This document shows, piece by piece, positions 1-13,615 of a stretch of 64,000 bases of DNA (position 1 is the stretch's first letter; each line of letters opens with the position of its first letter). Made by a program: the position numbers and the translations under genes. A model generated the notes under the pieces. It was not told the DNA's origin and did no database searches. It worked only from the letters and a program-made list of their open reading frames with translations. The DNA is from Octopus sinensis (taxonomy: Eukaryota): the NCBI RefSeq assembly GCF_006345805.1, contig NC_043007.1:18910001-18974000 (forward strand), given 5' to 3'.

Positions 1-223
1 TACTTATTCTATCGGTCTCTTTCGACGATCTGCTAAGTTACGGGGACATAAACACACCAGCATTGGTTGTCAAGCGATGTTGGGGGGTACAAAAACATAT
101 ATATATATATAGAAATTCGGGGTGAGTACTTGATAATTATAAGCACCTGTGTATACCGTTTGGTGGTGTAGGTGGTGGAGTAAATTGATCAAAATAAAAT
201 AAAAACATGATGCGAAGGATTCA

Positions 224-301
224 GCGGTACATATGTTTCGGGCCTTTATTAGACAGATTTATAACAATGCATAATGTATGTCTGTGGCCTTCTTCAGCCG
301 C
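224..301 (-). ncRNA. Type I hammerhead ribozyme motif (family 3), left arm
   Basis: Reverse-complement copy of 1359-1435 with a GGCC:GGCC stem II. Confidence 0.72.
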
Positions 302-1358
302 GCACAACAGCTTCCACAAGGACATGTGTTCAATCAAAAATTCTTGGTTGGGGATGCAAATCCTCTCATTCACGTACGACATAATGCGGCAGCAGCATAG
401 AATTGAAGCGTCCATCTCTTTCTTCTCTCAATGTAGAATGAGGAAAATGGATGTTGAGGTAATGTAAATAAATAAATACATATAGAGGTGAAGATGGAGG
501 GGCGAGAGTTCGGGACGAGGGATAAAAAATGTATAAAAAGTGTAAGTATAGAATAATATAAAAATGTAGAGGATAAAGATATAAAGAGTTGTAAGGAGAT
601 GTATTCTGTTGTATGTATGTGTGTGTACGCGCGTGCGTGTGGGTGCGTGTGTGTTTATGTACGTGTTTACGCGCGAGTGCGTGTGTATGCTTATAGGCTT
701 GGAGGCGTATATGTACGCGTGTATGTGGGTGTATGTATCCATGATGATATGTATGTACTAGAAGTCCATTTAATTCAAGGAACCAGATTAAATGCTCATC
801 AGCTCTGATTTACAACGCATTAAGTCCCCAGACGAAACTGTTGATTTACTGACAATTCTACAACTAAATTTTATCAATCTCCTGACCACCATGCTTGGTC
901 CGTAACCTCTATACATCCCTTATATTTACATTCTTTTACACTTTTATCATGGTTTTATCAGTTTTTTTACTTTTATTCTATTTCTATTTTTACTTTATAA
1001 CCTTATGCCTTTACATTTCTTTATATTTCTTTATATTCTTTATACCCCCACTTTACATCTCCTTACAACTCTTTATATCTTTATCCTCTACATTTTTATA
1101 TTATTCTATACTTACACTTTTTATACATTTTTTATCCCTCGTCCCGAACTCTCGCCCCTCCATCTTCACCTCTATATATGTATTTATTTATTTACATTAC
1201 CTCAACATCCAATTTTCCTCATTCTACATTGAGAGAAGAAAGAGATGGACGCTTCAATTCTATGCTGCTGCCGCATTATGTCGTACGTGAATGAGAGGAT
1301 TTGCATCCCCAACCAAGAATTTTTGATGTAACACATGTCCTTGTGGAAGCTGTTGTGC

Positions 1359-1435
1359 GCGGCTGAAGAAGGCCACAGACATACATTATGCATTGTATAA
1401 ATCTGTCTAATAAAGGCTCGAAACATATGTACCGC
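1359..1435 (+). ncRNA. Type I hammerhead ribozyme motif (family 3), right arm of an inverted repeat
   Basis: GCGG-CUGAAGA-(GGCC...GGCU stem II)-CGAAA-C-AUAU-G-UA/CCGC; stem I GCGG:CCGC; palindromic stem III. Confidence 0.72.
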
Positions 1436-1483
1436 TGAATCCTTCGCATCATGTTTTTATTTTATTTTGATCAATATATATAT

Positions 1484-1577
<94 letters not shown>

Positions 1578-3471
1578 TAATCCAAACGGGAAAACAGAAA
1601 AAACAACAACACGTGGAACAATTAAAGTATTATTATTAGGCGCTCAGGAAAGAGGGAATATATATATATACATACGATGGGCTTCTTTCAGTTTCCGTCT
1701 ACCAAATCCACTCACAATGCTTTGGTCGGCTCGAGCCTATAGTAGAAGACACTTGCCCAAGGTGCCACGCAGTGGGACTGAACCCGGAACCATGTGGTTG
1801 GTAAGCAAGCTACTTACCACTCAGCCACTCCTGTGCCTTATGGAATGTTTTCTTCCTTTTGTATTGGTTATTATGTTCATCGGTTCCATTCTAATGTTAT
1901 TTTATTAAGGCGTTGTCCGCGGTTGTCGCCGTACCATTTGCCAATGTCTTGACTTCTCTAAATTTTTATTGAGCGGTTTTGTTGTTTTTCTGTGTTTCGC
2001 CTTTCAAATGCTGTTTTCTGACATTCATTTTGGACATTCATTAGCCACCGCCTTGAAGGGTTCAGACGAAGAAATCGACTCCAGGACTTCTTTGTAAGTT
2101 GTGCACTTATTCTATCGACCTCTTTTGCCCGACGGCTATTTACGGGGGCATAAACCAGCCGACACCGATATCAACTCCGGGTGGTGGGAACAAACACTCA
2201 TACACAGACTTCTACACAGTTTCCGTCTTTCAAATTCGTTCAAAAGAAAACATTTGCCCAAGATACTGTTTTTGTTCCTTCTCGAGCCACTTGCCTGGCT
2301 CATAAGGGCCGGTTTCCCGGTTTCCTTGACGTATAGGTTCCCCACCTGGACGGGACGCCGGTCCGTCGCAGGTGAGCTGCAAGATGCAGGAGGGAAGAGT
2401 GAGAGAAAGTTGTGGCGAAAGAGTCAGCAGAAGTTCGCCATTACTTTCTGCGGGAGCCGCGTGGAACTTAGGTGTTTCGCTGACAAACACACACATCGCC
2501 CGGTCTGAGATTCGAACCCACGATCCCTCGACCGCGAGTCCTCTGCTCTAGCTACTAAGCCATGTGCCTCCACCTAAGATACTGTGCAGTGAAACTGATC
2601 CCGAAACCATGTGAGTGTCAAGCGAGCGTCTTAGGCACCCAACCATGCTTTCATATGGTTCCCATCCACCAATTGATTAACCGTTCTGCTTCTACATATG
2701 GATTACTGAAGCGCGTTCTCTTTTGCTCGGCTGTGTCTTATTTTCTTTTGAGTTCTTTTTTTATCGCTTATTCATTGGTCGGTTCGATAGTGAAATCATG
2801 TCAAGCTGTTGATATCATCATTCATATCGATTTTTATTGAATTTATATCTATTCTTATTGTCTACTTAATGAATCGGTTTGGATCACGAGGTCGCTAAGA
2901 GTACTTTTGAGTTTATTTTCCGACTTGTTTTTTTTTTATTATTTAAGGAAAAAACAAAATAAATTAACTCGCATCGAAGATTGACCTTTCAGGAACTTCA
3001 GATAGAAAATACGCCCTCTCCTATAGAGTATATCAGAGTGCTTTTAGGGAAATTGGGCTGGTATTTCTAGTGAGTCAGGTGACTAACTAGAGGCTTTCTC
3101 GTTGGTACTACAAAACAGTCATTATTTAAGTAAGAGTAATATACAAGCTTTTGGTGTTGTTTCCCTAAAGTCAGCCTTAATCAAGGAGATCTTATAGTTA
3201 ACAACGCTCCGGCTGTGATGTACAAATCCCTTTTTCTTTAGACAGATCTGTTTGAGTGAGATTTGGCTGCTATTTCTAGCATACCAAAGGTCTACGGAGT
3301 AACTCTCTCGTTGATTTTTACAAGACTATCATTGTTTAAGACACTAGAGTGGCAGAATCGGTTGAGCATCCAACACAATATGTCTAGAAGTATTTAGTTA
3401 CGCTCGAAGTTCAAATTCCGAAATTCCAAAATAATTATCTAAAAACTTATTTCGTTTTTAGATTTGGTTTG

Positions 3472-3516
<45 letters not shown>

Positions 3517-4191
3517 GTATATATATATGAGTTCGTGTGTTGAAGCATATTCTGTTGTGTCTGGGGAGAGTCATTCTCTTTTGGTGCCTTATTATTTAAC
3601 ACACTGACCGGTAAAATTTCCACTTTTTTTCTTATTGTTATTGTCCAAAAATTTTCGTTGCGTCTTGCAACCTTTTCAATAGTTTTGACTATTGAAAACT
3701 ATTTTTGACTATTTAAAACTCCAGCATGACCGCAGTCAAATGACTGAAACAAATAAAAGAACAAAAGAATAAATTTTCGGAAGAACATAAAATAATTCTC
3801 GAAACACAATAATAGCGTCCGAAGAACCCTTTCGGATAGGGAAAGTTGCGGGCTGTCCACGAGCAAAATAAAATTTATATTCAGTGTGAATTTTTGTCTA
3901 TTAATTGCCGGATAATGTCGGTTAAACCGAATTCATGTCAATACGTGTTGGATACTACGGTAAAAAAAAAAAAAAAAAAAGAGCTAGTGATGTGTTTGTG
4001 CTACTGACAGGTCAATCGGTCAGCGGCAGGACATAAGTGGATAGAACTGAAGCGGTAGGGAGTAACTTTTGTTCAGATGAGAGAAGGTGTTTAATTTCCA
4101 TGTTGAATAGACACTGTCATGTCTAAAACAGCTTGGCACGTCTTTGTGGTGGAGATTAACGTTTCGCATCCGGTTTTCTTTCAACACACAT

Positions 4192-4226
<35 letters not shown>

Positions 4227-4633
4227 TGTTTATCTTTTATTTATTTTTCTACTTCAGTCACTGGACTGCGGCCATGCTGGGGCATCGCCTTCGAGGGTTA
4301 TAGCCGGACAAATCGATCCCACTAAAGGCGCGGCACGGAATACAGGCGATTTTGTATAATTTCATTCTTCAAGATTATCTCTATGTAATTCAGGATCAAG
4401 TAGTCAGGGTAGGTACTAGCAAGTACCTATACTACACGAAATGCCGGTTTCATGAATTGACGACAAACGTAGAGGCAATGGAAAACGAAAACCGAAGACA
4501 TTAAACGGCATCCTTGCCGATTTTGGAAGAATGTTCTGCAGGTATTGCCATTCCATCGGACATAATTTGGTGCCCTGGGCAATCAGGAATAGAATCAGAA
4601 AAAAAGGACAAAGAATAAAGGTGAATATGTTAC

Positions 4634-5234
4634 CACGGCCACCACCACCACCACCATCACTACCACCACCACCACCATCACTACCACTACCACCACCACC
4701 ACCACCACTACCACCACTACCACCACCAGCAACACCACCACCACCACCACCAACACCACCACCACCACTACCACCACAACCACCACAACCACCACCACCA
4801 CCACCACCAATAACAACACTACCACCCACCACCAACACCACCACCAACATAACATGTGACCCTCAACACTATTAACAGAGCAATTACTTCCATTTCAGTA
4901 TGAGCTAGTTGAGAGCCTTTATGCGGTTGCCTTTACTTGCTAGACATAGCAGCCAAATTCTCCTTCAAATCATATTCAGATCCTTTGAAAAAAAAGAAAA
5001 CGGCAAGCAAAAAAAAATTCGTTCTGGTTTCACTGCACGTAGGGAAACGTCGAGATGGTCATGTCTAGAACGCTCTTGATGACAGGTCTGGTTCATCAGA
5101 GCTGGTCATGAAGCTATGTAACAACCATTCCGACACCACCACCACCACCACACCACTACCACTGCTACTACTAATACTACAAATGCTGCTACGGCTGTTA
5201 CTACTACTACTACTACTATTGCTGCTGTTGCTGT

Positions 5235-5266
<32 letters not shown>

Positions 5267-5380
5267 TTGCTGTTGCTGTTACTACTACTACTACTACTAC
5301 ATACTACTACTACTACTACTACTACATATTCTGTTGCTGTTACTACTACTACTACTACTACTACTACACATACTACTACA

Positions 5381-5451
<71 letters not shown>

Positions 5452-5507
5452 TGCTGTTGCTGTTACTACTACTACTACTCTACTACTACTACTACATACT
5501 ACTTACA

Positions 5508-5549
<42 letters not shown>

Positions 5550-5611
5550 ACTACTACTATGCTGTGCTGTTACTACTACTACTACATACTACTACTACTA
5601 CATATACTACA

Positions 5612-5647
<36 letters not shown>

Positions 5648-5763
5648 ACTAACTACTACTACTACTACTATTGCTGTTGCTGTATAATACTACTACTACT
5701 ACATACTACTACATACTACTACTACTACTAACTACTACTACTACTTTGCTGGTGCTGTTACTG

Positions 5764-5812
<49 letters not shown>

Positions 5813-5825
5813 TTGCTGTTGCTGT

Positions 5826-5878
<53 letters not shown>

Positions 5879-6290
5879 TTGCTGTTGCTGTTACTACTAC
5901 TACTACTACTACTACTACTACATACTACTACATACTACTACTACTACTACTACTACTACTATCACTTCCACCACCACCACCATTACCATCGTGCTGCACC
6001 ACAATTACAACTGCCACCACTGATCATTCCACATTTTTCATTTTTCACCACCACCACCACCACCACCACCACAACCACCACCACCACAACCACCACCACC
6101 ACAACCACCACCACCACAACCACCACCACCACCACCACCACCACTACCACCACCACCACCACCACCACAACCACCACCACCACAACCACCACCACCACCA
6201 CCACCACCACAACCACCACCACCACCACCACCACCACCACCACCACCACCACCACTACCCCCCCCCACCGCTGCCGCCACCGCCACCCCA
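4634..6290. repeat. Trinucleotide mosaics (CAC/CAA/CTA/CTG)
   Basis: 4634-4850 and 5130-6290; source of the poly-P/T/L/Y/H ORFs. Confidence 0.97.
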
Positions 6291-7189
6291 CATCCCTTAT
6301 TACTAACGCTGTCTTCAATGAACCTCATTCACAATCACGTTTGACCTGATCCACCCCGCATTACTTCCGGTATCGTCTACCCTTCCTTAACCGATACCCG
6401 GGGTATTAATTATCCCAGCATTTGCATTTATCATCACAATCGCCCTCACTCCCACGCCCACCCCCCCCCCTAACATCACTCTCATAACCATTGCCATCAT
6501 CATCATCATCATCATCATCACCATCACCATCGTATCGCGAGCCTCTATGCGGTTACACGGCCAGCTAGAAACAGCAGTCAAGTCTCCCTGAATTCACACT
6601 TTTTTACAAGTCCATGAAAATGACACGGACAATATCGTGTCGACGACGGTTGGAACTACTTCTGCTCCGGTGGAATTGTCCTAAGAAGTGGGACCCACGA
6701 GCAGCGACAGCAACAACAACAACAACAACAGCACCAGTTTTGTAACCGTAACCTAACCACTGCCACCATCACCACCACCACCCTTTTCCTCCGTCACCAC
6801 CCATCACTTCCATTTTCAAAACCAAAAGAAGAAAAAATGTTAGAACAGTAGCACGTAGTACACGAATATAATAGACAGTGTATGTGTGTGTATGTGTGTG
6901 TGTGTGTATGTGTATGTGTGTGTGTGTGTATGTGTGTGTGTGTATGTGTGTGTGTATGTGTGTGGAGAGAGTGAGAGAGAGAGAGGATTTGTGTATGCGT
7001 ATGAGTCTATATGTGTATGTATGTGTGTGTGAGTGCGGTCACTCGCGAGACGGATCGCTGACGATGATATTCTTTCTACAGACGGACTGACGGACAGGCG
7101 GACAGGTATGCAGACAGACAGATTGACGGAAAGGCGGACAGGTATGCAGACAGACCGTCAGACAAACAACTACTTCGAGATCTTCGACT

Positions 7190-7578
7190 TCTATTCTTTT
7201 AGTCTTTCATTTGTTTTAGTCACTTGACTGCGGCCATGCTGGGGCACAGCCTTTAGTCGAACAAATCGACCCCAGGACTTATATTTTTGTAAGCCTGGTA
7301 CTTATTCTATTGGTCTCTTTTGCCGAACCGCCAGATTACGGGGAGGTAAACACACTAACATCGGTTATCAAGCGATGGTGGAGGGGGACAAACACAAACA
7401 CACTTACTCACACACACACATACGATGGGTTTCTTACAGTTTCCGTCAATCAAATCCACTCACAAGGCTTTAATCGGCCTGAGACTATAGCAGAAGATAC
7501 CTGTCCAAGGTTCCACGACTGAACCCGGAACCTTGTAGCTGGGAAGCAAGCTTCTTACCACTCAGCCACTCCTACGCC
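7190..7578 (-). mobile_element. SINE family A (tRNA-like head, CCTTGGGCAAGT CORE-like motif, internal microsatellite, GTAAAAGA tail)
   Basis: Full-length copy of the most abundant repeat in the window (over 20 copies or fragments). Confidence 0.85.
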
Positions 7579-7879
7579 TATGGTACCTCATTACAAATTC
7601 ACATTTATAACGATAATAATTGGTGCTCTTAGCTTTGTAAGTAAATGCCTAAGCTTGGATAAGCTTGGGTTTTCAGGAAAAGAAATCCTCCAACAGGTAC
7701 ATACATTATAAATACAATCCGTAAGTGGAACAGTGAAATTCTACAAGATTTTTCTCAAGTTTAGAATATGAATTTGTCCTTGTTTTCTGCATTTCAATGA
7801 TGGAACTTTGTATCTTGGTCGAAAACCAACTCCTTCCTTAGATGAAAACTCCAAATAATTAAGAATAGAAGAGAACTCA

Positions 7880-9130
7880 CACACACTCATATAAATATGT
7901 ATACACACGCATACACACACCCATCCATCCACCCACCCACCCATCCATCCATCCATACATACATACACACACATATACATATATGAATACACACACAGAC
8001 ACCTTCACTTATACATATATGTATACACACACATCCATCCATATATACATACATACACACATATACATACATACATACATACATACATACATACATACAT
8101 ACATACAAACATATATACATACACACATCCATCCATCCATACATACATACACACACACATACATACATACATACATACATACATACATACATACATACAC
8201 ATACATACATACATACATGCACACACACAAACCGCCACCATCAAACAAGACTACAGACACCGACCTCCACATTTTAAGACTCTTTAGAACACCACCGATG
8301 GTTGGGCTTGGCACTCGATACTTCCTGATTTCCCAAAGATACAGGTAATAGACAAGGTAAACATAATTGCTTAACAGCTAAACTCCTTAATCAGTCCACA
8401 CCTTCACATACACACCTTCGTACAGGTGCGCGCTCACACACACACAAATACACGCGCGCTCTTACATACACATATACACGCAAGCATACACATACGCACT
8501 CCTCAGACACACGTTCGTAGCGTCACGCGTCCACAAACAACTACGTACACACACCTTGGCACACGCAGACATAAACGTACACATACACACCTTTACATAC
8601 AACCACAAACACACACGTACTTACACCTTCACACACACACACACGCGCGCGCGCACATATACACCATACATACACGTCTTCATACACACACACACACACA
8701 CGCATACATGCACACTTTCACACACACACCTTCACTTATACATATATGTACACACACACACATCCTTCTAGCCAGCCAGTCATATATACATACACACACA
8801 TACATACACACACATCCATATATACATACATACATACATACATACATACATACATACATACATACATGCATGCATGCATACGTACACACACATCCATCCA
8901 TACACTTCTTTACAAACAACCACACACACACTCTTCACATACACAAATCTTCACATACATACACATATACCTTCATGCATACACACACACACACACACAC
9001 ACACACGCATACCTGCGCACTTTTACACACACATACACACAGACTTCACATGCACACACTCACACCTTCACATACATGCACACATACAGTTTCACACACA
9101 AGCACAGACTTGAGCACGCACGTACGCACC
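7880..9130. repeat. (CATA)n/(CA)n microsatellite mosaic
   Basis: Direct inspection. Confidence 0.95.
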
Positions 9131-9622
9131 GACTTCTGTATCTCCATCCCCAATCTGAGCAGAACTCTTCTGCCGACATCCCATCCTGCTACAGACCCCT
9201 AACCACCACCGCAACCACCTGGCAAACAATTCGCCAATATTCCTGGGACCACCTACCAATTAACACCGCAACACACGTCAGGCTTCAATGAAGAAAGCAG
9301 ATACACTTTTAGAAACTTCAAAGGAACGAAAACGAAGGAGTTTCTTGAAAGAAGGAGAACCAAGGTGCTTCAGAATAAAACAACAGCACAGCCAAAAACC
9401 ACCAACATACACGCATCGTTCACTGTATGTATGTATGTATGTATGTATGTATGTATGTAGTATGTATGTATGTATGTATGTATGTATGTATGTATGTATG
9501 TATGTATACATGCATACACACATATATATATATAGTTTAAATTTATAGAAAAACAAAATACGAAGGTAGGTGTATAAACAACAAACAGGTATATTAGTTT
9601 AACGCTTGGGATGGTGAGAAAG

Positions 9623-9660
9623 TCTTTTACGTTTCGAGCCTTTGCTCTTCATCAGAAAGG
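9623..9660 (-). ncRNA. Minimal type I hammerhead motif (family 2), intact core
   Basis: CCUUU-CUGAUGA-A-GAGC(AAAG)GCUC-GAAA-CG-UA/AAAGA. Confidence 0.75.
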
Positions 9661-10138
9661 AATTTGAGGAAATGAACAGAGAGAGAATTTAAAAAACAAA
9701 AAACTTGTGGATTTAGCGGTCAAGCAAGGTGACTGGTTAGGAAAAAAATAAATGGTTTGACAGATGTTGAAAGAAAGGGACAAACACGAACACACACACA
9801 CACAAAAAACCCAAATAATTATGCAAAAAAAAAACCCAAACGGAACCTAACTTCAAGCAGGGTAGTAAAGACCACACCCAAACACACGCACGCACACACA
9901 CATACACATACAAACACACACACACACACGCGCGCACGCACGTACACTCATAAGCACACGAATAACTATGCCAAAAAAATAAATAAATAAAAATCAAAAC
10001 CAGAACACAACTTGAAGCAGTGCAGTAAAGACCAGACCCAACCGGAATATAAGTATCCAGCAATGAAACAACGAAATAAGAATAAATAATAAATAAATGA
10101 ATAAAATTAATTAATGAGCTATCAAATATATATATATC

Positions 10139-10200
<62 letters not shown>

Positions 10201-10272
10201 AAACAATCACCCCATTTTGAATTATATGGATAATACCATACTAAATTCTGGTGCCTTTAACTTAAGTACCAT

Positions 10273-11915
10273 ATATTTTGGTCAGTTTAATCGCCACATT
10301 TGAGATATTTTATTATCTCAAATGTCGAACCCCGCAGTACTTAACTTTCATTTGTTTGGCTAAGCCTGGTATTTTATCGGTCTCTTTTGCCGAACAGCTA
10401 ATTAACGGGAACGTAAACATACCAGCTCGAATACTCCGGAAGAGGTTCGAAAAATAAGAAGTGTTACCTTAGTTCACTGGTAGTGAACAGCTGACACTGT
10501 AGTACATCTCCAGTGTTAGACGCTGTGCAAAGGCAACAATAATAATAATAACAATAATTATTATTTCTTTATTGCCCACAGGGGACTAAACACAGAGGTC
10601 GACTTTGCCTTTCATCCTTTCGGGGTCGATAAATTAAGTACCAGCTACGCACTGGGGTCGATGTAATCGACTTAATCCGTTTGTCTGTCTGTCCTTGTTT
10701 GTCCCCTCTGTGTTTAGCCCCTTGTGGGTAGTAAAGAAAGATATATATATAGTTAATCCAAACATGAACAAAGAGAAAACACAACGCGAGGACGTGGAGC
10801 AAGTATAGTGTTATTGGACGCTCAGGAAAGGAAAGAAAGAAGGAGGATTTAACGTTTCGAGCGGAGCTCTTCGTCAGAAACACAGGGAAAGGAAAGATCC
10901 AAGGAAGGGAAGACGGAGGGAAAAAAATCGCCAACGATACACACGCGGTCACATATTATGACGAAGACATGTGAATCAACAACAAGCAGGTGTATTAGTT
11001 TGACGTTCAGGAAAGTGGGGAAGTCTTTTACATTTCGAGCCTACGCTCTTCAACTGAAAGGAACATGAGGAAATAAATAGAGAGAGAGACTAAAAAGAAA
11101 AGAAACTTGTGGATTTAGCGATTTATTGTGGTATAGGGGAATCATTACGCCAATAATAGTAACACACGCACAGGTTCAGTTCCACTTCTTTATTGTTGAT
11201 CAAATGGTTAAATATCTAAACCAATTAGCTAATCGATCGTTTGTTTAATGTGTTGGTTAAACAATCGATCGGTTGTTTATTAGACAAAGCCCTTTCTTCA
11301 CTGTCCGCCACTTTCCAGGGACTCGGTGTGTTCCCTACCGATCGCTTCAAAGTCTTCTTTTCATCTGTCTGAGAATTGACTTTATGTCTGCGTGTATACA
11401 TGCTTTCTCTGTGTGTGTGTGTGTATGTATGTGTGTGTGTGTGTAGATGTATGTTTGCTTCAAAGAGTAGGTGAAGGTGAGAATATTATGAAAGAGTTGT
11501 GTGTGTGTACGTGTGTGTGTACGCCCGTGTGACTGCTTGTATGTGTGTACTAGTATCCATGACCTCCGTCAGTATAGATAAGGAATCTACTTTACTGAGG
11601 AGTTCTAATAAGAGTGAAATATGTCCGAAGTTACCTCTCTTTTATCAAGATGAGTCCCATTCCCGATTATGTTACCCACATTCTATTTTTATCATTTTTA
11701 TTAATTAAAATTCTACAGTTGTCTCCCTTATCTACTTTTGCTAAAATTAATCATTAAGTTCACAATTATTTTCTCTCACCACGGGGTTATTTTTAATTAA
11801 TTTACGCTCCTCGGCTCACTGGACTGATTATGTTAATGCGCGAACTTACCTGTTGTATACATATATTTATACATATATATATACATAAATTACACACAAA
11901 TACATAGATATACAG

Positions 11916-11953
<38 letters not shown>

Positions 11954-12067
11954 TGTGTGTGTGTGTGTGCGTGTGTGTGTGTGTGAGATGTGAGTCAGAT
12001 TTAAGGCAGGGTGTGCTACGACTAACAGCTGGCTGTTGGATGTGATGTTACCACCACCACTACCACC

Positions 12068-12151
<84 letters not shown>

Positions 12152-13353
12152 TCCACTACCACTACTACTACTACCACCACCACCACAACCACTACTACTA
12201 CTACTACTTCTACTACCACTACTACTACTACCACTACTACTACTACTACTACTACTGCTACTACTACTATTCAACTTTTATAATAGACAGGTAAATGTAA
12301 AAAGGTAAGCAAACGCATTGACTCATCTGGTATTCGGTGACTGGTGTGGCGGTGGTGGTGGCGGTGGTGGTGGTGTGGTGGTGTTGGTGGTGGTTGTGGT
12401 GGTGGTGGTGGCAGGACAGATATTTAAAGTCAGTGTTGACGTTGTTGTTGTTCCTGTTGTTGTTGTTGCTTACTTCTAGGTCAGCCTATGAGAAAAAACA
12501 TCGTCGTTGTAGCCCTCCTGTAATTAAAGGCACTCCAGCCGTGACGATCCCGTTTTCTTTTTCTTATGCAGGCAGGGGCTACGCATTATTTAAATTCACC
12601 CTCTTTTACATGTATCGCTCATCGGACTGCGACCAAGCTGGGGCACTTGCCTTGACGGCAAATCAACCACAGTACTTACATATTTAATTGTTTCTTTATT
12701 TTGAAGTTTGTTAATTATTTTGTCTGTGTCTTTTGCCAAACCGCTATGTTATGGGGACGTAAAGAAACCAACACCGGTTGTCAAGCGGTGTGGGGACAGA
12801 CACGAACACAGGGATACAAGCTCAAGTATACACGCAGTCGCGTATATATGAATAGATATAATATAGGAGTGGCTGTGTGGTAAGTAGCTTGCTAACCAGC
12901 CACATGGTTCCAGGTTCAGTCCCACTGCGTGGCATCTTGGGTAAGTGTCTTCTTTTATAGCCTCAGGCTGACCAAAGCCTTGTGAGTGGATTTGGTAGAC
13001 GGAAACTGAAAGAAGCCCGTCGTATATATATATATATATAGTGTAATAAATAATATATATATACATACATACAAACATATATGTACGTACCGATATCTAC
13101 ATGTATATATACATGCATATATAAATATATATACGTACAGGACACCACAAAAAGACGTAAAACTCAACAGAAACGAAAACGGAAAAGCCATTTTGTTACA
13201 ACAGAAAGACAGAGACGTGGAACAGGACGAGAACGAAAACGGGAAAAACATTATTTACAACAGAAAAACAAGGTACAGGACATGCTACACAAGGAAAAAA
13301 TCCCCTTCATCAGCTGTCATTAGTAGACTTAGCGTGTTTCGAAGGCAAGACAC

Positions 13354-13385
<32 letters not shown>

Positions 13386-13565
13386 CCAACATCGCTTGAC
13401 ATCGGTGCTGGTGTGTTTGGCGGTTCCGCATAAGAGATTGATAGAATAAGTACTAGGTTTACTAAGAATAAGTCCTGGGATCGATTTGCGCGACTAAAGG
13501 CGGTGCTCCAGCATGGCCGCAGTCAAATGACTGAAACGAATAAAAGCATAAAAGAATATAATTTA

Positions 13566-13615
<50 letters not shown>

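Larger units (their letters stand above)
184..1475. mobile_element. Penelope-like (PLE) inverted pLTR-type structure: arms 184-603 and 1054-1475
   Basis: ~420-bp near-identical inverted arms, each with an HHR. PLE assignment is inferred from HHR plus inverted architecture; no RT or GIY-YIG ORF was seen. Confidence 0.6.

Noticed and set aside
4416-6349. Long poly-Pro/Thr/Leu/Tyr/His/Gly ORFs (also 12.0-12.3 kb and 48.7-49.2 kb)
   Set aside because: Open only because trinucleotide repeats lack stops; several frames and both strands are open, with no splice or domain support.
6340-6430. ETS-like ACTTCCGG and octamer ATTTGCAT as a promoter
   Set aside because: Isolated short motifs with no identifiable downstream gene or snRNA.
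7887-9291. HT/YI/CV-rich ORFs here and throughout the ORF track
   Set aside because: Translations of (CA)n, (TA)n and (CATA)n microsatellites.
13301-13350. Possible type II hammerhead (GAAA before CUGAUGA; related copy at 24575-24630)
   Set aside because: Stems I and III do not pair convincingly in either copy.
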